A DNA stretch of 63,018 nucleotides, counting the filler, from Octopus bimaculoides (taxonomy: Eukaryota), in assembly GCF_001194135.2 (NCBI RefSeq). It is 5 parts of 3 records of this genome, joined end to end, with 100 filler letters (N's around TTAATTAATTAA, not from the genome) between each part and the next. Parts side by side here need not be neighbours in the genome. Positions count along the whole stretch, not along the records: positions 14,133 to 30,612 come from NC_068987.1; positions 30,713 to 42,742 come from NC_068987.1; 3 more parts are not named here. The stretch is one strand, 5' to 3'. Below the pieces are notes generated by a model. It was not told the origin of the DNA, made no database searches, and worked only from the letters and a program-made list of their open reading frames with translations. Below, one piece after another: positions 25,292 through 38,695 of this stretch (position 1 is its first letter; each line of letters opens with the position of its first letter). The position numbers and the translations under genes were made by a program.

Positions 25292-26446
25292 TACACACAT
25301 ATACATATACACAGACATACACACACACACATTCACACAAACACATACACACACATGCCTAGAGTCTAAAGGACAATTGCATATATACAGAAATATATTT
25401 ACAAAGACTAATAAATAAACATAAATGAGACAAGTGGACCGAGATACTAACAACACTGTTTTCATAGTTGCTTTATGCTACAAACAATTAGACATGGTGT
25501 TCTTTAGACTATTGAAATGAGGAAACGGAATTTGATAGATTGAGAAATGGTTGAAAACCTAAAGTGCTTTATAGTGGCTACTGTTACTTAAATAAAGCAT
25601 TTGGCATGTGTGTGTGTGTGTGTGTGTGTGTGCATGGTTTGTGTGTGTGTGTGTGTGTGTATATNNNNNNNNNNNNNNNNNNNNNNNNNNNNNNNNNNNN
25701 NNNNNNNNNNNNNNNNNNNNNNNNNNNNNNNNNNNNNNNNNNNNNNNNNNNNNNNNNNNNNNNNNNNNNNNNNNNNNNNNNNNNNNNNNNNNNNNNNNNN
25801 NNNNNNNNNNNNNNNNNNNNNNNNNNNNNNNNNNNNNNNNNNNNNNNNNNNNNNNNNNNNNNNNNNNNNNNNNNNNNNNNNNNNNNNNNNNNNNNNNNNN
25901 NNNNNNNNNNNNNNNNNNNNNNNNNNNNNNNNNNNNNNNNNNNNNNNNNNNNNNNNNNNNNNNNNNNNNNNNNNNNNNNNNNNNNNNNNNNNNNNNNNNN
26001 NNNNNNNNNNNNNNNNNNNNNNNNNNNNNNNNNNNNNNNNNNNNNNNNNNNNNNNNNNNNNNNNNNNNNNNNNNNNNNNNNNNNNNNNNNNNNNNNNNNN
26101 NNNNNNNNNNNNNNNNNNNNNNNNNNNNNNNNNNNNNNNNNNNNNNNNNNNNNNNNNNNNNNNNNNNNNNNNNNNNNNNNNNNNNNNNNNNNNNNNNNNN
26201 NNNNNNNNNNNNNNNNNNNNNNNNNNNNNNNNNNNNNNNNNNNNNNNNNNNNNNNNNNNNNNNNNNNNNNNNNNNNNNNNNNNNNNNNNNNNNNNNNNNN
26301 NNNNNNNNNNNNNNNNNNNNNNNNNNNNNNNNNNNNNNNNNNNNNNNNNNNNNNNNNNNNNNNNNNNNNNNNNNNNNNNNNNNNNNNNNNNNNNNNNNNN
26401 NNNNNNNNNNNNNNNNNNNNNNNNNNNNNNNNNNNNNNNNNNNNNN

Positions 26447-26530
26447 TCTACAGCTGGATGCTCTTTCTAATGCCAACCACTCTGAGAGTGTAGTGGGTAC
26501 TTTTTATGTCCCACCAGCACAGGAGCCGCT
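26447..26530 (-). mobile_element. RTE 3' UTR fragment running into a gap
   Basis: tctacagctggatgctctttctaatgccaaccactctgagagtgtagtggg is the reverse complement of 24541-24592. Confidence 0.85.
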
Positions 26531-26667
26531 CAGGGGATATATATATATGTGTGTGTGCATGTGTGTGTGCGTGTGTATGCATGTGTGTGTGTGTATATAT
26601 CTCTCTATCTTTATATATAGATATATACATATACATATATATATAATATAGATGCATATTCATTATA

Positions 26668-26752
26668 TGTGTGTGTATGTACATGTGTGTGTATGTACAT
26701 GTGTGTGTATGTACATGTGTGTGTATGTACATGTGTGTGTATGTACATGTGT
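26668..26752. repeat. 16-bp tandem repeat (GTGTGTGTATGTACAT) x ~5
   Basis: Direct reading. Confidence 0.85.
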
Positions 26753-26959
26753 GTTAGTGTGATTTCCATGAATGCAAAGTATGTAATGTATGTCAAAAGC
26801 AAATTATAAAATTACAAATAACAAATCTTATCTACATACATACATACACATGCACACAAGCATATGTATATATACATACATAATACATACACACACACAT
26901 ACAGATACATACCACACTTACACATGCACACACACACACAGACATGCACACATGCTGGT

Positions 26960-27120
26960 ATGTTTTACATCCCCGTAGCCTAGCAGTTCAACAAAAGGAT
27001 CCCGACAGAATTAGTACTAGACTTACAAAGAATAAGTCCCGGGGTCGATTTACTCGACTAAAGGCGGTGCTCCAGCATGGCCACAGTCAAATGACAGAAA
27101 CAAGTAAAAGAATAAAAGAA
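26960..27120 (+). mobile_element. SINE family B tail
   Basis: gaataagtcccggggtcgatttactcgactaaaggcggtgctccagcatggccacagtcaaatgacagaaacaagtaaaaga. Confidence 0.9.
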
Positions 27121-30084
27121 TATCTAATTGCTAACATTATTTATGGTTATGAAACCTATTGAACTTTCAAATTTCTATCATTTATTATTATTGTGANNNN
27201 NNNNNNNNNNNNNNNNNNNNNNNNNNNNNNNNNNNNNNNNNNNNNNNNNNNNNNNNNNNNNNNNNNNNNNNNNNNNNNNNNNNNNNNNNNNNNNNNNNNN
27301 NNNNNNNNNNNNNNNNNNNNNNNNNNNNNNNNNNNNNNNNNNNNNNNNNNNNNNNNNNNNNNNNNNNNNNNNNNNNNNNNNNNNNNNNNNNNNNNNNNNN
27401 NNNNNNNNNNNNNNNNNNNNNNNNNNNNNNNNNNNNNNNNNNNNNNNNNNNNNNNNNNNNNNNNNNNNNNNNNNNNNNNNNNNNNNNNNNNNNNNNNNNN
27501 NNNNNNNNNNNNNNNNNNNNNNNNNNNNNNNNNNNNNNNNNNNNNNNNNNNNNNNNNNNNNNNNNNNNNNNNNNNNNNNNNNNNNNNNNNNNNNNNNNNN
27601 NNNNNNNNNNNNNNNNNNNNNNNNNNNNNNNNNNNNNNNNNNNNNNNNNNNNNNNNNNNNNNNNNNNNNNNNNNNNNNNNNNNNNNNNNNNNNNNNNNNN
27701 NNNNNNNNNNNNNNNNNNNNNNNNNNNNNNNNNNNNNNNNNNNNNNNNNNNNNNNNNNNNNNNNNNNNNNNNNNNNNNNNNNNNNNNNNNNNNNNNNNNN
27801 NNNNNNNNNNNNNNNNNNNNNNNNNNNNNNNNNNNNNNNNNNNNNNNNNNNNNNNNNNNNNNNNNNNNNNNNNNNNNNNNNNNNNNNNNNNNNNNNNNNN
27901 NNNNNNNNNNNNNNNNNNNNNNNNNNNNNNNNNNNNNNNNNNNNNNNNNNNNNNNNNNNNNNNNNNNNNNNNNNNNNNNNNNNNNNNNNNNNNNNNNNNN
28001 NNNNNNNNNNNNNNNNNNNNNNNNNNNNNNNNNNNNNNNNNNNNNNNNNNNNNNNNNNNNNNNNNNNNNNNNNNNNNNNNNNNNTTTTTTTTTTTTTTTT
28101 TTATCATCTTATTTATTTGTTTGTATTTTATGAGTTGTTGAAGTTATGGAATTGTTATTCTTTTCTGAAGACAACCAGCCAGTGTTTTTGGTTTCCTGCT
28201 AGTTTGGTAAAAATCTTGCAATATTTTGTTTTGAATTTGTTCTGCAAGAATTTTGATTGAAAGCCATGTGATGAAAGTGATATTGTTATATTTTGGGAGA
28301 ATTTCGACAGATTCTGAAGCCTGCAGGCTTTTATAGGTTCTCATTCACTTCATTTTTTGGATATCTGCCCAGAAATTTTGCATCACAACTTTTCTGTGAT
28401 CTTCTCAATGAGTTCAAATTCTTCAACAACAACCAACCAACAAACCAACAAACTAATAAACCAATTAACCAACAAATAAGAAACAGAGATATTCTGATAG
28501 CATTGATGGAATTATAACAGACAGGACATTGTCTTACAACCTCAGTGCATACACACCAGGAACATGCTACTTGGGTAGACGAGGTAGGCAGTGCCTGCCT
28601 TGAATTAAATAGATCAATAGCAACATTTTCCTTTTATGACAAAATATGCACCTAATTCACTAAAATTATGAAGGTTACTCTGATTACTGTGCATAAAATA
28701 CAAAATATAAAAAATTTTTTTGCAGATTAGGTAGGCATAATTTACCCCTGCTTTTCAATCTCAGTATTCTGCTCAATACCACAGATTTGCTCGTCACAAA
28801 CCTACCCTTAATTCCTGTTCCTATTGCTGGTTTTCCAACGAACCATATTGTGCAGTGCCAACATCTTCAGCTGCTACAGACTGTTACATGTTCTCTCAAT
28901 GACCATATAGCCACTAGTGAAGAAGTCTCTGGATGTCTATGGCAGCATTAAAGATCTCAGTTGAACTGGTGACTACATTTGTTCCTCTGACCTCACAGAC
29001 CACATTATAGGTAGCATGAATGTACTATTACTATTACAATTTGTATTGATTATAGTGTAGAAAAGTTGTATGGAAATGATTTATAAGAATGGTGTAGTGT
29101 TTCACAATGTTGATACTAATGAGCCAGGCTTTCTCATAAAATTTACATTTGATAATGGATACTTTTGTTTATGTGATAATGGATACTCAAACAAAAAAAA
29201 ACAAACAATCTGAAAAAAGTCTTGCAGTACTAATCCATAACAAAGTAGATCCTCAGCTGTAAGAAAACAAAACCTCACTGAGCACTAGCTGTCATAAAAA
29301 CAAAGGTTATAAAAAGGAGCCCCATTGCTTCCAAGGGGCCACAACCAAATAAGAAGGATGTTGGCACATGTTGTTGGTGCCAAGCATAAAAATGACACTA
29401 CAGTGGCACATGTTTAAATTTTGATTATCTCTATAATCAGGAGAAGAGTGCAACCATTGTAACTGGTATCACTGGAGATGTAGCTTTCCTTTTCATGAAG
29501 AAATGTAGAAGACAAAGAAGAACTAATGTCCACCATTTTACAAAAATCCTGTTAAAAGATTGATAGACAAAATTAGACATGTGTAGTGCCACAGACTTTT
29601 ACGAAGGAGTTATAAAAACAAAAAAGTTAGGTTTAAAATATAAACTGCATATAAAAGATAGATAATTAGTCAAATTAAAACTAAAATATTACAAAGTTTC
29701 TCAACACTAAATCCCTCAAAAATGCTTACTAGTGCATTTGGTTGCTCCAGTACACAATTTTAGAAATGGTTAAATGAACACAGGGTTGTGGAGCACCCTG
29801 ACCCTATCTAGCTAGTAAGCTTTCACATTTTATTTTGTTTAAATTATTGTTTTGTCATACTTTTTATTCATATCCATACAAACGGATGTACTGTTAAATT
29901 CTTCATATATTTTTTCATATATTGTATTGCATCTCTCACCTCTCCTTTTTGTTTTTGTAAACTTGTCATTCACTCTTCACTGTTTTTTTTCTTTTTGTTT
30001 TTTTTTTTAAACACTTGGTGAAAAGTTTTATATTTCTTTGTATTTCTTCAGGTTTTTAGTGGTTAATAAAGGTCTTTTATTATT

Positions 30085-30200
30085 ATTATGCCTTGCGACA
30101 TTTCGTCCATCTTTTCATTCTGAGTTCAAACACCACTGAGGTTGACTTTGCCTTTCCTCTTTTCGGGGTCAATAACATAAGTACCAGTTGAACATTGGGG
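30085..30200 (+). mobile_element. SINE family A fragment
   Basis: ttctgagttcaaacaccactgaggttgactttgcctttcctcttttcggggtcaataacataagtaccag. Confidence 0.8.
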
Positions 30201-30612
30201 TAAAATATACGAAGCCCATTATACCCATTATGACTGGTATACCCATCAAGGGTACACCAGGCACATGCATCACAACCATATGTGCGCAACATGGCAATCT
30301 CATATCAAGATAAACAGCGCATGACCTTACAGGTGGGGCCCAGTTAAAATTTTCTTCAGGTTGAGTAGCCCATCCCACTCAAAAGATTCCTGAATAAGGT
30401 TTGTTTAAGGATGTTGAGCAAAACACCCATGTTTCCAAAGGTGAATTATTCAAACCTCAAAGAATTCCTCTCAACACATGGCTATGATGCTCCCCCACTA
30501 CTTCTGCTCATGATCAGAGATGTACATATCGTCAGCCACCAAGGGACATGCTCAACTGGTTAAGATCAAAACAACTGACAAGCAAATCTATGGTATTGAG
30601 CAGAATATTTTC
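30200..30612 (-). repeat. Unclassified interspersed repeat; its start also occurs on + at ~28765-28800
   Basis: Minus strand aatattctgctcaataccatagatttgcttgtc matches agtattctgctcaataccacagatttgctcgtc at 28763-28798. Confidence 0.5.
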
Positions 30613-30749
30613 NNNNNNNNNNNNNNNNNNNNNNNNNNNNNNNNNNNNNNNNNNNNTTAATTAATTAANNNNNNNNNNNNNNNNNNNNNNNNNNNNNNNN
30701 NNNNNNNNNNNNATATATATATATATATATAAGAATTGTGTGAGTGTAT

Positions 30750-30890
30750 TTGTTTCAAATTTTGGCTCAAGACCAACAAGTTCGGGCTGGAGTTAAGGCG
30801 ATTACGTCGACCTCAATGCCCAAGTGGTACTTATTTTATCGACCCTGAAAAGTTGAAAGGCAAAGTCGACCTCGGTAGCATTTGAACTCA
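30750..30890 (-). mobile_element. SINE family A fragment
   Basis: gtggtacttattttatcgaccctgaaaagttgaaaggcaaagtcgacctcgg..atttgaactca. Confidence 0.85.
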
Positions 30891-31990
30891 CTGACAAATT
30901 ATCTTATCCTTAGATATTAAAAACAATAGTTCTCAGCAACGCCCGTGCTAAAACTTGAAGTCAATAACAGTTTGCCCAACACTATTAAAACTCTCACCTA
31001 CAAAGCCAAGTTGTCCAGAAGCAAGCAAGAGCAAGATCTCCAGCTCTGCAATGAGGTGGGTGTTATTTCGGTATTTCAATCTCCAAGAGAGATGTCTACA
31101 CAAAGACAAGTGTCTCTCACTTCTAGATGACTGGAAACTCTTGTTTCATGTTGCCTGTTAAGAATAGTGCCCTGAGCAAGAAGGGATTTATTTATTTGTA
31201 ATAGTTAAATGTTCTTCGATAATATTAGGGTACCGAAAAGTACTATCGTATTTTCAAGCAAATAGTCTGACGTCATGTCACAAAAGTGTCCACGTCAAAG
31301 TTTCTGTGACTTATCAACACTCTACTGAGTTCGTCCGTCCTTTGTTTTTCATCCTGCAGGGTGTCCAACGAAAATTACTCACCTCACCAAGCAAGTTTGG
31401 TAATGTTACCGGCTTGGTCGCCTGTTTTATCTAACCATTTCTGGCCACTATGCTCTCTCTTTACCTTCTGTCGCGGTCTGTGTAGTAAAATTATCAACGT
31501 GGTTATAAAGTAAATGATTCCCTAGCCTCTCAACTCCAAATGAACTTTTGCTCTAATTAGACGTGGATTACTCAAATATACCTTTTATATTTGTATTATA
31601 CCTATCTTAATTAGTACTAAAACGTGTCTATAATGTAACAGATTGCCTAACCTTCTTGGCCTCCAACCATACTTTTATTAATCAATTAAAGATTCGTCGG
31701 AAACAGCTGTAATGGATTGACACATTATCCATCTGTTGTTATTTATTTATTTTTTATTCACCCCACCCGGAACCTGCTCCTCCCACACATAAAATGCTTC
31801 CTCGTGGACTCTGTTGGCACTAGTAAGAAATAATTATAAACTTTTCTTTTATTACACTTTTTAAAATATGTATTTTTGATAAGGTTCGTTTTTCCAAGAA
31901 GAACCGAAACATGTAAAATATCTCTCAGAAAATTAAAATTTATCTTATATAGTGGCGTTTTTAAACTTCTTTTTTATAAATATATATATA

Positions 31991-32160
31991 TATAAGAGGG
32001 ATGACCACTAAGTGGACATCCATTTTGCTAGAAGTAGACCACCTATGGTCTGACCATTACGAAAAGATTGCTCTTGAGAACAATCTTTTCTTAGTGGTCA
32101 GACCATAGGTGGTCTACTTCTAGCAAAATGGATGTCCACTTAGTGGTAATCCCTCTTATA
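31991..32160. repeat. 170-bp near-perfect palindrome (fold-back element / MITE)
   Basis: Arms 31991-32073 and 32078-32160 are reverse complements with three mismatches before the centre. Confidence 0.95.
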
Positions 32161-33024
32161 TTATGTATGTAATATAATAATTTTTCTGAATCTTCAGATT
32201 TTTTCAGTATGCTAGGCCACTGGATTTAAATTGATATTAATCAAATTAATATTCAATTTTCGCCCTTCTTATTTAAATTTATATATATATATATATTACG
32301 TGGGAAAATGCGAGCAAGAGAAATAATATTCTTAAGATTATTAACTTGGAAAATTACAGGACGAGTTATTACATCTGGTAAAGTACAGAACAAAAACAAT
32401 TTTACTTAATATATTGCAGCTAAGGATAAAATTTCAAATACAATATTTAGATTTAGAAAATATTAGCTTTTAATAAAACTAAAAAATTTTTTACAAGTTA
32501 TTACTTCTATTCAGTATTACTTGTTACTTCTATTAAAAATTAAAAATAACTGAATTAAAATATTTTTTGCACTTTAAAAATATTCATTTTCAAAATTATT
32601 AATTAATAATTAGAAATTTGAAAATAGGTTATAAAAAATAATACGTACACACACACACACGCACACACACGCGCACACGCGCACACACACACACACACAC
32701 ACACACAGATAGATAGATAGCTAGCTAGCTAGCTAGCTAGATAGATAGATAGATAGATAGATATGCATCTATCTATATATGTGTGAGTATGTCTGTATGT
32801 ATGCATATATATATGTACATATATATCGTTCACGGTTTTTGAACAACATAACATAAGGATAAGCGTTTTTCTTTTTTTGCTTCAAATTTTTATTTCATAT
32901 CAAAAAAAAAAAAAAAAATTCAGGTAGTGAATATTCAGACTAAAACCAGGGTCAGTTTACCAACTGATGATCAGAAACGAGCTACTCGGAGTGCTGGAAA
33001 TCGGAGTCCTTCAGTTATAATGTG

Positions 33025-33062
<38 letters not shown>

Positions 33063-33070
33063 GCATTATA

Positions 33071-33405
33071 GGCGTGGCTCTGTGGTAAGAAGCTTGGTTT
33101 CGGGTTCAGACTCACTGCGAAGCACCTTGGGCGAGTGTCTTCTACTATAGCCTCGAGCCAACCAAGCTTTGTGAGTGAATTTGGTACACGGAAACTGAAA
33201 GAAGCCCGTCGTATAAATATATGCATGTGAGTCTGCATGTGTGTGCGTGAGACCATCACCACTTGACAACCAGTAATGGTGTGTTTACGTCCGCGTGACT
33301 TAGCGGTTCAACAAAATGAACTGCTAAGTCCTGGGGTCGATTTATTTGATCGACTAAAACCTCCACAAGGCGGTCTTCCAGCATGGCTGCACTCAAATAA
33401 CTGAA
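33071..33405 (+). mobile_element. SINE family B, near full length
   Basis: Head gtggctctgtggtaagaagc, core caccttgggcgagtgtcttctactatagcc, tail ggcggtcttccagcatggc. Confidence 0.9.
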
Positions 33406-33425
33406 TATATATATACGTGTATGTG

Positions 33426-33487
<62 letters not shown>

Positions 33488-33513
33488 NNNNNNNNNNNNN
33501 NNNNNNNNNNNNN

Positions 33514-33549
<36 letters not shown>

Positions 33550-33704
33550 CGAAATGTAAAATGTTTCATGCCGAACCGATTATTGAATCGCATAAGGAGC
33601 TCAACAAAACGTTCTTGAGACATTGTTCCAATATATATGTTCCCATATGATTTCAACTGATAATCTCGGGTGTTTGGTGCGCATGGTATAACTCTGATTC
33701 CAGA

Positions 33705-34060
33705 TTTCTGGCATAAGGACACCAAGTTTTGTGGGGAGGGGCACAAACTTGGCAGACACGTGTCTCATACCCAAATCTGCAGTGATAATGAACTGAACTG
33801 AACCGTAACTAATCTGTACATCCTCTGATAATTCACGGATAGTGATTCAACGGTTTCCCTTCACATCTACACGCACATCTGCGATGTTTTTGTCAGTTTT
33901 GCTGCTTGCGGTTCTCCCAGAATGTTCGTCAATATTGACATTTAGAAACGTCTAAATCACTCGTACACTTCTGTACAGCTCATTCACTCCTCTCCATACA
34001 CTTTTTACAACTTTGTGTAGCCTCTGAGCAGGTATTGCCATAACATCTTTTTCTGTCATG
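33705..34060 (-). mobile_element. Mariner transposase N-terminal (HTH) relic
   Basis: Minus strand KVYGEE*MSCTEVYE*FRRF..DEHSGRTASSKTDKNIADVR..NR*ITIRELSEDVQISYGSVQ/IITADLGMRHVSAKFVP, matching the mariner HTH region and linker motif. Confidence 0.85.
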
Positions 34061-34989
34061 GTCAATGCGACGATCACACGCTACACACATTCCTTCCAAG
34101 CACTGCTGTAAACAGCGAAAGTGAGCTAGAACGTTAAAACTTAGTGCGCGTACACAGCAGAATTCAAGGTCAGTCTGTGCTGAACGGCTTTACTCTGCGT
34201 GCTTTAGCTTCGTTACTATGGCAACAGTCCATATACTTATTGATCAGACTTCGTACTTATCAGAATGAGGAAGGCTTAGAAAGAAATCTTTTCTGGTGTC
34301 AAACAGTTTGCTTAGTTATTTTTTCTTAAACTTCTTATAGATATACTTTTTTTTGCTAGCGTACACAATTAACTCTTCCTAGCTTGTTAGCATACAACCT
34401 GCTTCTCTCTAGAATTTTTCACTTCATGTAATTATCCTCCAAGCTTCCAAATGTAGCTGGCGAATGTAGACGTAGTTCGCTTATCAAGAGGACGTGATAT
34501 TAAAATAATATTGCTTGAGCTTTCTCTCAGCAAACGCTACATCGTGTTTCCACTCAGTAGGTTGGACGTGTACAGCTCTTTCGCACACGATTCAATCAAT
34601 GTTACATGCTTGATTTAAGAGTATGTTTCAAATTTCCTACAAGTACAATCTGGTGTAGTTATTTTGATAGGCTTGTAGGTGATAAAATTTTTCATGTTGG
34701 AGAGACTGTTATCTGTAGCTAATTTTAAGACGGTTTCCATTGAAGATCTTTCAATAGCAATGGTTTATCTCCAAGGACTAAAAATTGCTATATTTATTTT
34801 AATGTTTAAACAGAGGTAGATTAAAATTAGATAATTTTACAAGACCTATTTCCTGGTCTGAAAAGACAGTGGGTTGAGGACGTGTAATTGAATCTTTGAA
34901 CCCTTAAGTAGAGAGCTGTTATAGTAAGCTCCCGGCTTACAAACTGAAAATTCTTTTACTCATATTAATGAATAGATGTTTTATAAGTA

Positions 34990-36394
34990 GATGTGTATAG
35001 CAAGCGTATTTACTCTGGAAGAGTTCAATATCCTCCTGAACAACCTACACCCATCTCTCCAATTTACAAAGGGGATGAGTAGTACCAAATTACCATCCCT
35101 AGATATAATGGTGTTTAAGAAAGAAACCAACATTATCACAGATATGCACTACAAACACACGAACACACATCAATACCTGAATTTTAAGTCGTACCATCCA
35201 CCACATACAAAACGCAGCATCCCATACTGCCTAGCCAGAAAAATTTGTACCATTGTAGAAGATGCGAACATCAGGAATAAACGTCTAACAGAACTAAGAG
35301 AATTTTTGCTCAAACAAAAATACTCGTCCCTACTTATAGAAAATGGCATACAGCAGGCTATGGAAATATGCATACAACAACTAAGGACAACCCAAAGAAG
35401 AGGAAAACAGGAACAAGTCACACCATTTATAGTGACACACAACCCATGCCACTAGAGTATCTTCAACATTGCTAAAGCAAATCTACCAATCATTGCTCAA
35501 AGTAATGAATTAAAAGATATAATCACAGATCGAGCTATGGTTCTGCCTAAAAATTTGAAAAGTGGCTGTGTGGGCGCTGGAGTGGCTGTGTGGTAAGTAG
35601 CTTGCTTACCAACCACATGGTTCCAGGTTCAGTCCCACTGCGTGGCACCTTGGGCAAGTGTCTTCTACTATAGCCTCGGGCCGACCAAAGCCTTATAAGT
35701 GGATTTGGTAGACGGAAACTGAAAGAAGCCCGTCGTATATATGTATATATATATATGTATGTGTGTATATGTTGTGTATCTGTGTTTGTCCCCCCAACAT
35801 TGCTTGACAACCGATGCTGGTGTGTTTAGGTCCCCGTAACTTAGCGGTTCGGCAAAAAGAGACCGATAGAATAAGTACTAGGCTGACAAAGAATAAGTCT
35901 TGGGGTCGATTTGATTCGACTAAAGGCGGTGCTCCAGCATGGCCGCAGTCAAATGACTGAAACAAGTAAAAGAAAAAGGCAAAGTTTGACCTTAGCAACA
36001 AAGACCAATCATTCACTGTATCTAAATGCAATGATAGCTGATGTGGCACATGCCAATTCATACATACCGGCCAATATATGAACACAAAATCCAGAAAAAT
36101 ATTCAAAAACGCAAAAGCAGTAATTTAATTTACTGCATCAAATGCCCGACTTGTGAAGAACTATATGTAGGTCAGACTGGAAATGCACTATCAGAATGTT
36201 TATGTGTGCACCAACAGCAAATTAGAGACCCAGATGCCCATCAGATACCTTTGAGTAACCATCTGGCATCGTGCTGTCGGAAAATGTTTATAATATTTCC
36301 ATTCTACAAATTATACAGTCCAAGTGAAACTGAGAGAAAAATCAGAAAAAAGAACTTTATTAATAAATTCCAAGCCAACGTAAATAAGCAATAA
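34990..36394 (+). mobile_element. Penelope-like retroelement relic (RT C-terminus/thumb + GIY-YIG endonuclease), split by a SINE
   Basis: LNNLHPSLQFT..KLPSLDI..TDMHYKHTNTHQYLNFKSYHPPHTKRSIPY; PKNLK|KAKF; SKCNDS*CGTCQFI; SSNLIYCIKCPTCEELYVGQTGNALS..H; stops and frameshifts present. Confidence 0.92.
35573..35972 (+). mobile_element. SINE family B, full length and young (tRNA head, CORE-like body, internal microsatellite, tail)
   Basis: ggagtggctgtgtggtaagtagc..ggttcagtcccactgcgtggcaccttgggcaagtgtcttc (resembles the CORE-SINE motif)..aaaggcggtgctccagcatggccgcagtcaaatgactgaaacaagtaaaag. Confidence 0.95.
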
Positions 36395-36934
36395 TACTAA
36401 TACTTAGAGGTACTATTTCTACTGCTACGACCACTACCACTAACAACAACAACAATACTAAGGATGCTCGTGACGACGATAGCAGGAAAATACTAGGTAA
36501 GTCAAGAGAAAAGTCAGTAAAAATAATCTTATTTGGGGGTTTAAAGTTCGGTTATCACAGGTCCTCCTACCACCACCAACAACAACGACAACAATAATAA
36601 AGGAGATGATAATGGTGATGATGATAACTGAAATGTAAAAATCCCTGGGAAATGTCGTTTAGAACGTTTCTAAAAATAGCCCAACAATTACTGCTTTGGT
36701 TAGGGTCAAAATATAGGTCCCTTGACGTCTTCAACAAATCATGACGCCTAAACCAAACACCAATCAGTTTGCAAAAATTAACATTCTGGAGCCTATACAA
36801 ATGTATTTAAGGCACACAGTTTAGCCATCTCACTAAAGTTGTAAATAGTAAAACATATCTGTCACCACTACTACATGAACCTGAAGATTGCATAGTCTAA
36901 TGCATGAAAGTACTACTTCAATTACAATGGACAT

Positions 36935-36988
36935 TTAATATTATATTATATTATATTATATTATATTATATTATATTATATTATATTA
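36935..36988. repeat. (TATTA)n pentamer microsatellite
   Basis: Direct reading. Confidence 0.9.
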
Positions 36989-37074
36989 AGATCGTAAATA
37001 AAGAGGTGAAAATCAGACAAAGTTGGAATTTCTTTGAGTAATATATTCTTCTAAACACAATCATACATACCCGT

Positions 37075-37134
<60 letters not shown>

Positions 37135-38410
37135 CAGGGTAAGCACATAAATGTATAATCAAACTTTATACTCATAATATAGGGTAATATGAAAGTATAT
37201 AACATAATATTCATATAATATCCTCTAACATTTAGGAGACATATTATCTATTGATATAACAGACTAGCGTTGTTGAAAATGTTTCGTAACTATAACTATA
37301 AGCACTAATTGAGATATTGATTACACCGCTTATGATACACAATATATTCGACTTTATTAATTAAATTAACAACTAAAATTCTATCAACATCCTAAACACT
37401 AATTAATAATAATTATTAATTAATTTACTGAGATTAACTTTGTAGTGACGTCATATGGCGCCAAAAAGGCATAGTCGCCATTACTCCATCTTTAACCACG
37501 CATGCGTGGATTTCAACGTCCAAGTGTTCCCGCTTAATTCTGTCTCTTACCACGCCAGACAGCGAACAAGCAAGACGGTCTAAAACAAGCTCTCATTGAG
37601 TGTGGAAGAAGCAAGTTGTCTCTCCAACGATTCATCTCTAGGGACAGTACATCTTCATTCAGGCTACTCAGAAACCGGACAATTGGAAGCTGTATATTTC
37701 CACCATAAATAAATATTGTTGTTGTTGATCAGTTTGGAGTTCTGCGTTCCGTTCACTTCTAATTTAATATAGGAAAGTCAGGTGTACATCTAATGATGTA
37801 TAACCCACTTTCCTAAAACTTAATCACTACGTATTGAATATGTTTCGTAACTATTTCTGTTAACACTAATTAAGATGACATAACATAACAAATTCCTATC
37901 TTTAACTAATACAACAGTCTTTTTATGTTTATACCTAACTGAATATTTAGAACTTTTATCTTAAAATATTTTCGGCCTATTATCTTACGTTAATATTAAT
38001 CTTGAACAATAATTAACAATACTTATTAATTAAATAATATAGATGAACTAAATTCCCATGTATTGATAATATTTCGAAATTCTTTCTATAAAAAAACTAC
38101 ATTTGTGATGACGCAATGCTCAAGACCTCTATCTATCGAGAATGTAAACAAATAGTATATATTCATTGTGCCGATTATATGGTAGATAAATGCCCATGCT
38201 TTATGTAGATATCATTTTATGTAAATGTATTTAATAGAGGCATTAATTAAATCACACTAAAATATAAGCAAATACTATTGAATTGAAGGTTACAAAGCGT
38301 ATATATGTGTATGATTATATGCCCTATATGCGTACTTATGTGTGTGTGTATGCCTACCTGTGCATTTGTGTATGCTCATGTGTATGTATACATGCGTATA
38401 TGTATGTATG

Positions 38411-38444
<34 letters not shown>

Positions 38445-38624
38445 NNNNNNNNNNNNNNNNNNNNNNNNNNNNNNNNNNNNNNNNNNNNNNNNNNNNNNNN
38501 NNNNNNNNNNNNNNNNNNNNNNNNNNNNNNNNNNNNNNNNNNNNCTCTGTGCACCTCCAGAATAGTGGCAGTCTCTTCAATGTCGAAGAGCACAATAATA
38601 ATCCTTTCTACGAAAGGCACAAGG

Positions 38625-38695
38625 CCTCAAATTTGGGAGGAGAGGACTAGTCGATTACATCGACCCAGTGTTTCACTGGTATTTTTACATGTTGC
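38625..38695 (-). mobile_element. SINE family A 3' fragment
   Basis: aaggcacaaggcctcaaatttgggagg..gtcgattacatcgacccagtg..actggta. Confidence 0.75.

Noticed and set aside
26668-26752. Regular short repeat array (CRISPR-like?)
   Set aside because: No spacers, eukaryotic context, no cas genes; compound microsatellite
28810-28990. Possible RTE C-terminal W.GH motif on the minus strand
   Set aside because: Too degraded to support
32955-33015. CTGATGA-TCA-GAAAC
   Set aside because: No room for stem II; not a foldable hammerhead
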